Origin: Candidatus Bathyarchaeia archaeon
Lineage (GTDB): Archaea; Thermoproteota; Bathyarchaeia; Bathyarchaeales; Bathycorpusculaceae
Direction: 5' to 3'
Length of the DNA: 64,000 nucleotides
Assembly (NCBI GenBank): GCA_038882955.1
Contig: JAVZNC010000003.1
Location: 1-64,000 of the forward strand
Position 1 is the first letter of the stretch; the number at the start of each line of letters is the position of its first letter. A model generated the notes under the pieces. The model saw nothing but the letters and a program-made list of their open reading frames with translations, was not told the origin of the DNA and searched no databases. The translations under genes were made by a program, and so were the position numbers. Shown here one piece after another: positions 1-8,216 of this stretch.

Positions 1-1
1 A

Positions 2-112
2 GAGTATGTTGCCAGTTTAACAGAAGAGGAACCGACAAAAATCATAAATGTTCTGAAAAATGACGGCTTGCTCTTCGATGTAGGCAAACCCGGAAAAATC
101 GGAGCAAAATAG
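2..112 (+). CDS. 3' end of a gene entering from the left edge; resembles a C-terminal winged-helix
   Basis: Open frame EYVASLTEEEPTKIINVLKNDGLLFDVGKPGKIGAK ending TAG at 110-112, 2 nt before the integrase ATG. Confidence 0.5.
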   Translation, partial: EYVASLTEEEPTKIINVLKNDGLLFDVGKPGKIGAK

Positions 113-114
113 CA

Positions 115-1320
115 ATGGTTGTGGCTCCCGCTTGCCCCTCATGCGGTTCAAACCGCCTCTATAAAGACGGCTTACGCTATTTAAGCGACGGCTCAAGCGT
201 CCAGCGGTGGCTTTGCAGAAACTGCGGTTACCGCTTCACAGATCCTAAGCATAAAGCCAAAACCGGATGGAGGAATCTTCCATCCGGCTTAAATTTGCCT
301 TCTGGCTTATTCTATTCCTGCCAAGGGAACAATGACCCAGATAGGCGAGAACCCACCGCTAGAAAGGCGGCGTTAACCTTGGCCACAGTAGAAAACAATA
401 CGAAAAGTGGGCAAGCGGGAGCCGCAGCAACAAATCAGATGGACGCCCATGGCAAAATCATTGAGCTCCTCTGGTGGATGAAAAGACAGAATTACGCAGA
501 ATCAACAATAGTTACTCGCGTTAGAGTGCTTAAGGTCTTAGTGAAACGTGGCGCCGATCTCTTTGACCCAGAATCTATCAAACACGTAATCGCTCAGCAG
601 AAGTGGAGCGAAGGAAGAAAAGCCAATGCAATAAAAGCCTACACAACTTTCCTAAAGATGGTTGGTGGAAAATGGCAGCCGCCCATATGCAAAGATGTTA
701 GAAAAATTCCCTTTATTCCTCTTGAACGCGAAATAGACGATTTAATAGTCGGCTGCAATCAGTATATCGCCACCTTTCTCAGAGTAGCTAAAGAAACAGG
801 TGCCAGAGCAGGTGAAATCTACAACCTTAAATGGATTGATGTAGACTTTGAAAGACAAACTATACGCATAACCGCTGAGAAAAACAGCAACCCTAGAATC
901 TTCAAAATGTCCAACATGCTTATAGCAATGCTTCAGAAGCTACCAAAAGAAAGAGATTACATATTCCATCACTACAGAACACTTAATCACTTGCGGAGGA
1001 GCTTTCAGAGATACCGCAAAAAGATCGCCTTTAAGCTTGGAAATCCAAGAATCCTACAAATAACAATTCACACACTGCGACACTGGAAAGCCACTATGGA
1101 ATATGCCAAAACAAAAGACATACTCCATACGATGCAAGTTTTAGGACACAAGAACATCAAGAACACGTTGGTCTACACGCAGCTGGCCCAAAACTTGGGA
1201 GAAGAGGAGTATATCTGCAGAGTAGCAAAAACGCCAAGCGCGGTGCAGGAGCTCATTGAAGCGGGCTTTGAATATGTATGCCAAAAAGACGATTTAACCT
1301 TCTTTCGTAAAAGAAAGTGA
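115..1320 (+). CDS. Tyrosine recombinase/integrase with N-terminal Zn ribbon
   Basis: Catalytic motifs TGARAGE, HTLRH, LGH, LVY; N-terminal CPSC..KDG..QRWLCRNC; ends 54 nt from the tRNA-Phe 3' end. Confidence 0.93.
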   Translation: MVVAPACPSCGSNRLYKDGLRYLSDGSSVQRWLCRNCGYRFTDPKHKAKTGWRNLPSGLNLPSGLFYSCQGNNDPDRREPTARKAALTLATVENNTKSGQAGAAATNQMDAHGKIIELLWWMKRQNYAESTIVTRVRVLKVLVKRGADLFDPESIKHVIAQQKWSEGRKANAIKAYTTFLKMVGGKWQPPICKDVRKIPFIPLEREIDDLIVGCNQYIATFLRVAKETGARAGEIYNLKWIDVDFERQTIRITAEKNSNPRIFKMSNMLIAMLQKLPKERDYIFHHYRTLNHLRRSFQRYRKKIAFKLGNPRILQITIHTLRHWKATMEYAKTKDILHTMQVLGHKNIKNTLVYTQLAQNLGEEEYICRVAKTPSAVQELIEAGFEYVCQKDDLTFFRKRK

Positions 1321-1322
1321 AC

Positions 1323-1356
1323 TGTCGCAGGTTTGTCTAAAGTGTCGCGGGTCTGT
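1323..1356 (+). repeat. Imperfect 14-bp direct repeat with 20-bp period
   Basis: TGTCGCAGGTTTGT (1323-1336) and TGTCGCGGGTCTGT (1343-1356), 12/14 identical. Confidence 0.6.
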
Positions 1357-1374
1357 GCCAAAAGTCCATGGAAG

Positions 1375-1448
1375 TGCCGAGGGCCGGGTTTGAACCGGCG
1401 ACAACCCGGTCTTCAGCCGGGCGCTCTCCCAGGCTGAGCTACCTCGGC
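1375..1448 (-). tRNA. tRNA-Phe(GAA), intronless
   Basis: Reverse complement GCCGAGGTAGCTCAGCCTGGGAGAGCG..CTGAAGA..GGTTCAAACCCGGCCCTCGGCA forms a cloverleaf. Confidence 0.97.
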
Positions 1449-1617
1449 TTTGTTAATTGAAAAGAGTTGTTGTTTGCTTTTAAGTTTTCTGAATTAAATT
1501 TTTGGGTTTGTAAATGTTGGATTCGGAATCGCATTTTTGGATACATCGGAGTGGGAAACATCTCTTAAAAACTTTGATGGAAATGTTAGGTTTAGGGAGT
1601 TTAAAAGAGGTTTAGAA

Positions 1618-1779
1618 ATGAAAGTTAAGAGGGCTGTTATAACTGTGGAACTTGTTCCGGAAAGTCTATCAGAGGATAACAAGAAAATTGTCAGCGAGCT
1701 GGTTAGCTGGTTTCGGGAAGAGAACGCTTTGATTCCATGGATTAAAAGTGTCAAAGAAGTCGTAGTCAAGGATTGTTAG
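1618..1779 (+). CDS. Small hypothetical protein (~53 aa)
   Basis: GAGG upstream of ATG 1618; MKVKRAVITVELVPES..IPWIKSVKEVVVKDC. Confidence 0.55.
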   Translation: MKVKRAVITVELVPESLSEDNKKIVSELVSWFREENALIPWIKSVKEVVVKDC

Positions 1780-1898
1780 ATGAAATGAAGCAGAAACCTA
1801 GCTAAAACGTAGCCTATGAAGGATGACTCTAGAAAACAAACGACAATCAGGGCTCTTTCAATTTTTCTTTGTTCACGCAAAACCACTTCGTCTTCCAT
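1776..1898 (-). CDS. Small (~40 aa) predicted single-TM protein
   Basis: MEDEVVLREQRKIERALIVVCFLESSFIGYVLARFLLHFI; AAGGGA upstream. Confidence 0.4.
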   Translation of the reverse strand: MEDEVVLREQRKIERALIVVCFLESSFIGYVLARFLLHFI

Positions 1899-2003
1899 CT
1901 GTAAACATCCCTTTTCCGCACTTTTTACAAGATTTATAGAGAAAGACTTTATGAAGCAAAAATAAATATCTAAAATCATAAGTAGCAATCTGCAGAAAAC
2001 TAT

Positions 2004-2077
2004 GGGCCCGTAGTCTAGCTGGTTAGGACGTCGCCCTCACGCGGCGAAGGTCGCCGGTTCAAATCCGGCCGGGCCCA
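2004..2077 (+). tRNA. tRNA-Val(CAC), intronless
   Basis: GGGCCCGTAGTCTAGCTGGTTAGGACG..CTCACGC..GGTTCAAATCCGGCCGGGCCCA. Confidence 0.97.
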
Positions 2078-2084
2078 TTATAGG

Positions 2085-2564
2085 CTAGTGTTTTAGTTTT
2101 TTGGCTAGGTTTGCGACTCTCTTTCCGAGGGTTTTGCATGATTCAAGTTCGTTTTTGTTTGGTTTTTCTACGGCCGCGGCGCCGTAGTGTTTGTTGTCTG
2201 CTCTTCCCTGTATTATCATTCCGTGGACTAGCATTGCTTGCAGTATGGATATAAGCGTTGTTTCTGCGCCTGTTGCTGTTCCACCAGAGCTTGTGAAGGC
2301 TGCACCGACTTTGCCTTCAAGTTTTCCGTGGATTTTGACTGATTCGTCGATGAGCGCTTTTATTTTTGCTGACATCTGCCCATAATATGTTGGTGAACCA
2401 ATTATTATTCCATCTGCTTCTAACAGATCGTCGAGGCTTGTCTGTTCAATCCTTTTAACGGTAACTTCAACGCCGTCTACTTGTTTTGCTCCTTCAGCAA
2501 CCGCAAACGCCATTTTCTCGGTGTTTCCGGTTCGCGAGTCATAAATAACCAAGACTTTTGTCAT
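2085..2564 (-). CDS. WrbA-like flavodoxin / NAD(P)H:quinone oxidoreductase
   Basis: IYDSRTGNTEKMA, GSPTYYG, GKVGAAFTSSG motifs. Confidence 0.9.
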   Translation of the reverse strand: MTKVLVIYDSRTGNTEKMAFAVAEGAKQVDGVEVTVKRIEQTSLDDLLEADGIIIGSPTYYGQMSAKIKALIDESVKIHGKLEGKVGAAFTSSGGTATGAETTLISILQAMLVHGMIIQGRADNKHYGAAAVEKPNKNELESCKTLGKRVANLAKKLKH

Positions 2565-2679
2565 GCGCTGGTCCTTCAAAATTATATAGTGTCACAGTTT
2601 CAGTTTTAACTTTAACTTTATCAGTTAACTAGAGGAGTTGAATAGAAGATTTTTCCACAAAATATAAGTGTGCAGAAAA

Positions 2680-2780
2680 ATAAATTTCGTGAGGAGAATG
2701 GTGGACTAGGCTCGAAGGGAGAAAGGAGAGAAGGGAGGAAAAATTGTTTCTCTCTCCACCATCCTCCTCACACATTCTTC
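2680..2780 (-). ncRNA. Putative structured small RNA (17-bp terminal stem)
   Basis: Arms 2689-2705 and 2755-2771 pair fully on the minus strand (one G-U); TTTAAA about 25 nt upstream; T-rich tract downstream. Confidence 0.5.
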
Positions 2781-2783
2781 ATT

Positions 2784-2815
2784 ATGCACGTGCATGTTAG
2801 ATTTAAACCTTTCTT
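2784..2815 (-). promoter_or_regulatory. BRE/TATA-like promoter with a perfect 12-bp palindrome
   Basis: Minus-strand AAAGAAAGGTTTAAAT followed by ATGCACGTGCAT (2784-2795). Confidence 0.45.
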
Positions 2816-2850
2816 TGAATTTCAATTACAACTTTCTTAAAAATAAGCCT

Positions 2851-3654
2851 TCAGTGGCTTTGGATTGTTGCTTGCCATATTTCTTTTTTAAATTTTTCCG
2901 TTTCCATGAAGAATGTTCTTATTGGTTTGGCGTTTACTATTAGCCACCAGTTTTTGCGTTTTATAGATTCTTCAGGTTTCTCCCACGTATTAATCATTTC
3001 GATTTTGATGTTTGGCGCAACTTCTTCTACCAGCCTCTTTATTCTAACCGCGAATGGGTAGCCAAACTGACAGATTGGTGTATAAAAAATTATGGCTTTG
3101 TTCTTGTCTTCGGTTAATGGTTCATACTCGCCTATTGACGTGGTTGGTTCGTATCTGCCTTCAATTGGAAGGTACATTGCTCCGCCTTCTGGTGTTTGCA
3201 GAAATCCGTTTTTCCTATAGAATTCTGTCATTTGTAGGAATTCGCCTGTGTTGAATGCTTTTGCTAGAATGAATTTGCATGGCTTATTGCCTAAGCAAGT
3301 GCTCCTATTCTTTGCGTCGTGGATGACGCTTTTCAAGAGTTTGGTGCCTATTCCAAGTTTTTGCGCTTCTGGTGTTGGGTTGTAAATGCAGTTTATCACA
3401 AGCACGTTTTCACGCCTATGCGGCTTGGTTGCATCCACCTCTTCTGGATAATAAAGTATTTGAGCCGCTGGCTTGCCGTTGTGGTAGGCTATTTTTGCGC
3501 ATGAACCATGCTTTGCCAGCATTTCACGGAGCCAACGCTTCTTGAGTGCAACTCCTTCCTTGTGGATTGGGTCACCGAGCCTTTTCGAAGAGCAGACGTG
3601 TATGAGGTCGTCTATGTTTGATTCTTGAAGGTTTTCGATTTTTATGTTGCACAT
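2851..3654 (-). CDS. GNAT acetyltransferase with YoaP-like C-terminal domain
   Basis: Motif A QKLGIGTKLL, FYRKNGF; C-terminal FYTPICQF..IVNAKPI. Confidence 0.75.
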   Translation of the reverse strand: MCNIKIENLQESNIDDLIHVCSSKRLGDPIHKEGVALKKRWLREMLAKHGSCAKIAYHNGKPAAQILYYPEEVDATKPHRRENVLVINCIYNPTPEAQKLGIGTKLLKSVIHDAKNRSTCLGNKPCKFILAKAFNTGEFLQMTEFYRKNGFLQTPEGGAMYLPIEGRYEPTTSIGEYEPLTEDKNKAIIFYTPICQFGYPFAVRIKRLVEEVAPNIKIEMINTWEKPEESIKRKNWWLIVNAKPIRTFFMETEKFKKEIWQATIQSH

Positions 3655-3666
3655 TTTTAAGCCACT

Positions 3667-4230
3667 TTAGTTTTTGGCGAATTGCCTTATAATTTCGCCA
3701 GCAGTCAATAACTTTGTGTTGTAAACGTACTCCAGATACTTTAAGCCTTGTTCGTGGTCTTCCTGCGTGAAAGCTTCGACGCAGTCCTTTGCCACTATTA
3801 TCTTGTATCCTCTGAAGAAGGCGTCCGCCGCGGTGTGCCTAACACAGATGTTTGTGTGTAATCCGCATAGGACTACTGTTTTTACGCCTTCGCCCTCGTA
3901 TAGGCTTCTAAGAAGCGGGTCTAAACCAGTTTCGTAAAAGCCGCTGTAGGTTCGCTTTTCAACAACATAATCCTTTTTTGTGGGCTTCAATTCGGGTATG
4001 ACTTCCGCGCCTTTTGTGCCTTTTATGGCGTGTTTTCCCCATCTGTGGACAACTTCGGCGTCTTGCGGATAATGCGCGTCATTGCTGTAGATTACTGGCA
4101 CGCCGTGTTCGCGGGCTGCCTCAGCAAGCCTTTTGATGTTTGGTATTATATGTTTGGCGCGTTCGCATTTCAAGTCTCCAGTAACAAAATCGTTAAGCAT
4201 ATCAATTATAATTATTGCCATTTTCTCCAA
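3667..4230 (-). CDS. Isochorismatase-family cysteine hydrolase
   Basis: IIIDMLNDF, EKRTYSGF, GLHTNICV (D-K-C triad). Confidence 0.92.
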   Translation of the reverse strand: MEKMAIIIIDMLNDFVTGDLKCERAKHIIPNIKRLAEAAREHGVPVIYSNDAHYPQDAEVVHRWGKHAIKGTKGAEVIPELKPTKKDYVVEKRTYSGFYETGLDPLLRSLYEGEGVKTVVLCGLHTNICVRHTAADAFFRGYKIIVAKDCVEAFTQEDHEQGLKYLEYVYNTKLLTAGEIIRQFAKN

Positions 4231-4301
4231 TGAATCAATCCTCCGTCTGGAATGGTAAATATACTAAACTGGTCTATTTAGTTTGTCCTTTGTCTGGAAC
4301 A

Positions 4302-5525
4302 TCAAATTTCTAGGAAGATTTCTGTTTTTACGAGGTTGCTGCATCCCCTTTTGGTGACTTCCACCGTGTCCTCTATTCTAACACCGCCAAGTTTCGGGTC
4401 GTACAGTCCAGGCTCTACTGTTACAACGTTATGTTCTTCTAGGGCGAATTTGTAGAACTCGCTTAGGCTTGGTCCCTCATGCACTTGTAAGCCAACTCCA
4501 TGTCCAAGTCCATGCGTGAAGCCCTTTGTTACTTGTTTTCCGCCTCTTGTTGTGGTGTATCCAGCCTTTTCCAGAACATCGCAGCATATGTTGTAGGGTT
4601 CGCTTCCAAGGACCCCTGCCCTTATAGCATCAATCGAGGCGTTTCTTGCTTCAAGCACCGCCTCAAACATTTTCTTTATTTCTTTTGGTGCTTTTCCCTT
4701 AACGACAGTTCTTGTCATGTCCGTGTAGTAGCGTTTTCTGATGCTTTGTGGGTAAATGTCCAAAATTATGGGCTGGTTTGCCATCAGTTCGTCTTCTGGA
4801 CTGCCAGAATAGTGCGGGTCTGCACCTTTTGGTCCACATGCGATTATAGGGTCTTCTGATGCGCATCCATCGTCCAGAAACTCGTGTCCAAGCATGGCTT
4901 TTACTTTGCCGACAGTTAAGACTTCTTTTCTTCCGTTAATCCTTATGACGAGCCTTCCTTTTTCGTCAATGTCGGCGTCCGCAATTAGGTCAATAACCTT
5001 TCTTGCTGCTTTGTCGACGATTGCTTGCACTTCTTTTATTGCTTGTATTTCATCTGGCTCCTTCGTCTCTCTTGCCTTTTCAACCACATCGAACATGGGC
5101 GTTATGGTTAAGCCTTCCTTTCTTAGCGTATCCGCGATTATTGCTGGAAAGTTTGATGGTACGCAGATTTTTATGCCTTTGCCTAACTCCTTTTTCGCTA
5201 TATTTGCCAAGAAGTTTAACGTGCCAATTTTTGGGTCTGGCGCCGCTTTGATTATATCATAGAGATTATAGTCCATGTATGAGCGTACATCTTTAATTAT
5301 TGACTCCTTTTTTGCCCGCGAGTATTCCATCTGGCTCACTATCAGTATAGGTTCTTCGCCAACCTTTTTGAGGTATATGAATGGGTCTGGAGCCAAAAAC
5401 TTCGTTAAATAGTACATGTTTGCCTCTTTCACGCTTTCTGAGTAGAGGAAAATTGCCTCGGCGCCCTTATCTGCAAGTATTTTATCAACATCTTTTCTCA
5501 AGGATTTGCGACACTCCTTTATCAT
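4302..5525 (-). CDS. Xaa-Pro aminopeptidase (M24)
   Basis: DMTRT, HGLGHGVGLQVHEGP, VTVEPGLY, GGVRIED. Confidence 0.93.
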   Translation of the reverse strand: MIKECRKSLRKDVDKILADKGAEAIFLYSESVKEANMYYLTKFLAPDPFIYLKKVGEEPILIVSQMEYSRAKKESIIKDVRSYMDYNLYDIIKAAPDPKIGTLNFLANIAKKELGKGIKICVPSNFPAIIADTLRKEGLTITPMFDVVEKARETKEPDEIQAIKEVQAIVDKAARKVIDLIADADIDEKGRLVIRINGRKEVLTVGKVKAMLGHEFLDDGCASEDPIIACGPKGADPHYSGSPEDELMANQPIILDIYPQSIRKRYYTDMTRTVVKGKAPKEIKKMFEAVLEARNASIDAIRAGVLGSEPYNICCDVLEKAGYTTTRGGKQVTKGFTHGLGHGVGLQVHEGPSLSEFYKFALEEHNVVTVEPGLYDPKLGGVRIEDTVEVTKRGCSNLVKTEIFLEI

Positions 5526-5576
5526 ACGTTTTGTGTGGAACCTTCATTTATGCGTTAAATTAAAATAAGTTTTTGC

Positions 5577-5867
5577 TTATCCGCCGCTTACAATTGGCAG
5601 CAAAACAACGTGGTCTCCGTTTTTGAGTTTTGTCTCTATGCCCTTCAACTGGTTCAGCAAGTAACCGTTCACCGTGACGATGTAGTTTGACTTTACATCT
5701 GTGCCCATCCTTTCATAAATCGCCTTTTTGAAGGCTTCTCCATACTTTTCGGAAAGCGCCATAAGCAAGTCGGCAACTGAAGAACCGTCGCTTATTTCTA
5801 TTTCCTCTTCTCTCATAGAGCCAATTACGTTTTTTATGTGCCCCACATATTCGACCTTGACCTTCAC
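5577..5867 (-). CDS. MoaD/ThiS-family ubiquitin-like protein (SAMP-like)
   Basis: Beta-grasp size; VNG..L..GD.V.LLPIVSGG with C-terminal GG. Confidence 0.9.
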   Translation of the reverse strand: MKVKVEYVGHIKNVIGSMREEEIEISDGSSVADLLMALSEKYGEAFKKAIYERMGTDVKSNYIVTVNGYLLNQLKGIETKLKNGDHVVLLPIVSGG

Positions 5868-5982
5868 TGGCTGGCACCTTGTCTTTTCTAATTATAACTT
5901 GGATTTGGTTTCTATTTATCCGTTTAGTTTCTGACAATTCTTTTATTACGCATATGCTCTTCTTGTCTTTGGGTGCCTTGAA

Positions 5983-7662
5983 GTGTTTGACTCAAAAAAG
6001 CTTTGGGAGATTAAAAAATGTAAGGAGAAATGGGAGAAAACAACATTGGCGCAAAGTTTTGGAAAGCTACCCGAAAGGGGCGAGTTTTCCACAAGCTCCG
6101 AGATTCCAGTTGCGCGCGTTTACACTCCAGTTGACGTTGCCAAGTTTGATTATCTGCGTGATTTGGGGTTTCCAGGCGAGTATCCGTTTACGCGTGGCGT
6201 TTATCCAACCATGTATAGGGCGAGATTTTGGACTATGAGGCAGTATGCTGGATTTGGAACCGCCGAGCAGACGAACAAGCGTTTTAAGTATTTGCTTGAG
6301 CATGGACAGACCGGCTTAAGCGTGGCTTTTGATTTTCCAACGCAAGTTGGCTATGACTGTGACCATCCAATGGCTGCTGGAGAAGTTGGAAAAGTAGGCG
6401 TAAGCGCAAGCACACTCCGCGACATGGAGATACTTTTCGACGGCATACCGCTCGACAAGGTTACAACTTCCATGACTATTAACGCGCCTGCAACCGTGCT
6501 GCTTGCCATGTATATTGCCGTTGGACAAGAGCAGGGCGTTGACCAAGCTGATTTGGGCGGAACGGTTCAGAATGATATTTTGAAGGAGTATGTTGCAAGG
6601 GGCATGTATATTTTCCCACCTAAGCCTTCCATGAGGCTTGTTACAGACATTTTTGAATACTGTTCCAAGCATATGCCAAAGTGGAACACTATAAGCATAA
6701 GTGGCTACCACATACGCGAGGCAGGAGCAACCGCTGTTCAAGAAATTGCATTTACACTTGCGAACGCTATTGCTTATGTTCAAGCGGCGGTTGATAGGGG
6801 TTTAGACCTTGACCAGTTTGCGGGTAGGCTCTCCTTCTTTTTCGCGGCGCACAACAACTTTTTTGAGGAAATAGCCAAGTTCCGCGCGGCACGAAGGCTC
6901 TGGGCAAAAATAATGCGTGAGCGTTTTAAGGCTAAAAACCCAGCTTCTTGGATGCTTCGTTTTCACACGCAAACTTCGGGTGTTTCCTTAACAGCCCAGC
7001 AGCCATACAACAACATTGTACGCGTTGCACTTCAAGCGCTTGCCGCGGTTCTTGGCGGAACACAGTCTTTGCACACGAACTCTTTCGATGAGGCTTATGC
7101 TTTGCCAAGCGAACAAGCCGTCACAATTGCACTTAGAACGCAGCAAATAATCGCCTACGAGAGCGGAGTGGTTGACACTGTTGACCCGTTGGCTGGCTCC
7201 TATTATGTTGAATATTTAACGAACGAGATTGAGGAGAGAGCCCTAAAGTATATTGAGGAGATTGACGCCATGGGCGGGGCTGTTGCCGCCATCGAAAAAG
7301 GCTTTATGCAAAGGGAAATTGTCGAAAGCGCCTACCGATTCCAGAAGGAGGTTGAATCCAAAAAGCGGATAATCGTAGGCGTCAACGAGTTCATAAGCGA
7401 GGAGGAAACGCCTATAAAAATTTTGCAGATAAACCCAGAAATTGAAAAAACCCTTGTTGAACGCCTTAAAAGGCTGAAAAAGCAGAGGAACAAAGCGCAG
7501 GTAGAAGAGGCTTTAGGTAAACTTCGAAGAGCCGCCGAACGTGAAGATGAAAACCTTATGCCCTACATACTTCAAGCTGTTAAGGCGTATGCCACCTTGG
7601 GCGAGATATGCGACGCGCTTCGGGAGGTGTTCGGTGAATACAAGCCTTCGACTATATTCTAG
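5983..7662 (+). CDS. Methylmalonyl-CoA mutase, large (substrate-binding) subunit
   Basis: [47 protein letters not shown]; no DxHxxG B12-binding domain. Confidence 0.95.
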   Translation: MFDSKKLWEIKKCKEKWEKTTLAQSFGKLPERGEFSTSSEIPVARVYTPVDVAKFDYLRDLGFPGEYPFTRGVYPTMYRARFWTMRQYAGFGTAEQTNKRFKYLLEHGQTGLSVAFDFPTQVGYDCDHPMAAGEVGKVGVSASTLRDMEILFDGIPLDKVTTSMTINAPATVLLAMYIAVGQEQGVDQADLGGTVQNDILKEYVARGMYIFPPKPSMRLVTDIFEYCSKHMPKWNTISISGYHIREAGATAVQEIAFTLANAIAYVQAAVDRGLDLDQFAGRLSFFFAAHNNFFEEIAKFRAARRLWAKIMRERFKAKNPASWMLRFHTQTSGVSLTAQQPYNNIVRVALQALAAVLGGTQSLHTNSFDEAYALPSEQAVTIALRTQQIIAYESGVVDTVDPLAGSYYVEYLTNEIEERALKYIEEIDAMGGAVAAIEKGFMQREIVESAYRFQKEVESKKRIIVGVNEFISEEETPIKILQINPEIEKTLVERLKRLKKQRNKAQVEEALGKLRRAAEREDENLMPYILQAVKAYATLGEICDALREVFGEYKPSTIF

Positions 7663-8216
7663 TTAATTATGAATAGCGGTTCGCCCTCGCTTACAGATGA
7701 ACCTTCAGAAACAAGGACTTCGCGAACCGTTCCAGCCTTTGGCGCTGCAATTTCGTTCTCCATTTTCATGGCTTCAAGTATGCACAATATTTGACCAGTC
7801 TTGACCGAATCGCCCTTTTTCACCTTTACCGAAAGAATTTTTCCAGTCATGGGCGCAACTACAGCACCTTCAGCGACTTGCCTCGTTGCAGTTGACATTT
7901 TTGTCGGTGCAAGTTGTGAGGGCACGAAAGCTGCTAGTTCTGGCTTTTTAACAGGAGTTTTCACTTCAACCTTGAATGTGGCTCCTTCCACCTTAATCTG
8001 CATCAGTTTGTCCTTGTCAGCTTTTGGCAGTTCAACATCATAGTTTTTGCCGTTAACACTAATTTTGAAACTTTTTTCAAATTCCAGTTTTTCGTTTGAC
8101 AGTTCCGCGCTTACTGATTTGCCATCAACTTTTATAGTGAATACCTTTTCTCCGCTTCTTGTCAGTTCAATTTTTTTAGGTTTGCCGTCAACAAAAACTT
8201 CATATGTTGGCATCAT
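7659..8216 (-). CDS. Biotin carboxyl carrier protein (1.3S/MmdC-like) with repeated N-terminus
   Basis: [15 protein letters not shown] biotinylation motif; TGATG overlap with the upstream gene. Confidence 0.93.
   Translation of the reverse strand: MMPTYEVFVDGKPKKIELTRSGEKVFTIKVDGKSVSAELSNEKLEFEKSFKISVNGKNYDVELPKADKDKLMQIKVEGATFKVEVKTPVKKPELAAFVPSQLAPTKMSTATRQVAEGAVVAPMTGKILSVKVKKGDSVKTGQILCILEAMKMENEIAAPKAGTVREVLVSEGSSVSEGEPLFIIN

Larger units (their letters stand above)
1..1400. mobile_element. Right end of a putative tRNA-Phe-integrated element (provirus/integrative plasmid) extending beyond the left edge
   Basis: Integrase converging on a tRNA 3' end; the second att copy is not in the window. 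Confidence 0.6.

Noticed and set aside
2706-2762. 18-codon minus-strand ORF (MVERETIFPPFSPFSLRA) inside the hairpin
   Set aside because: GGAGG abuts the ATG with no spacing and is sequestered in the stem; an RNA-structure explanation fits better
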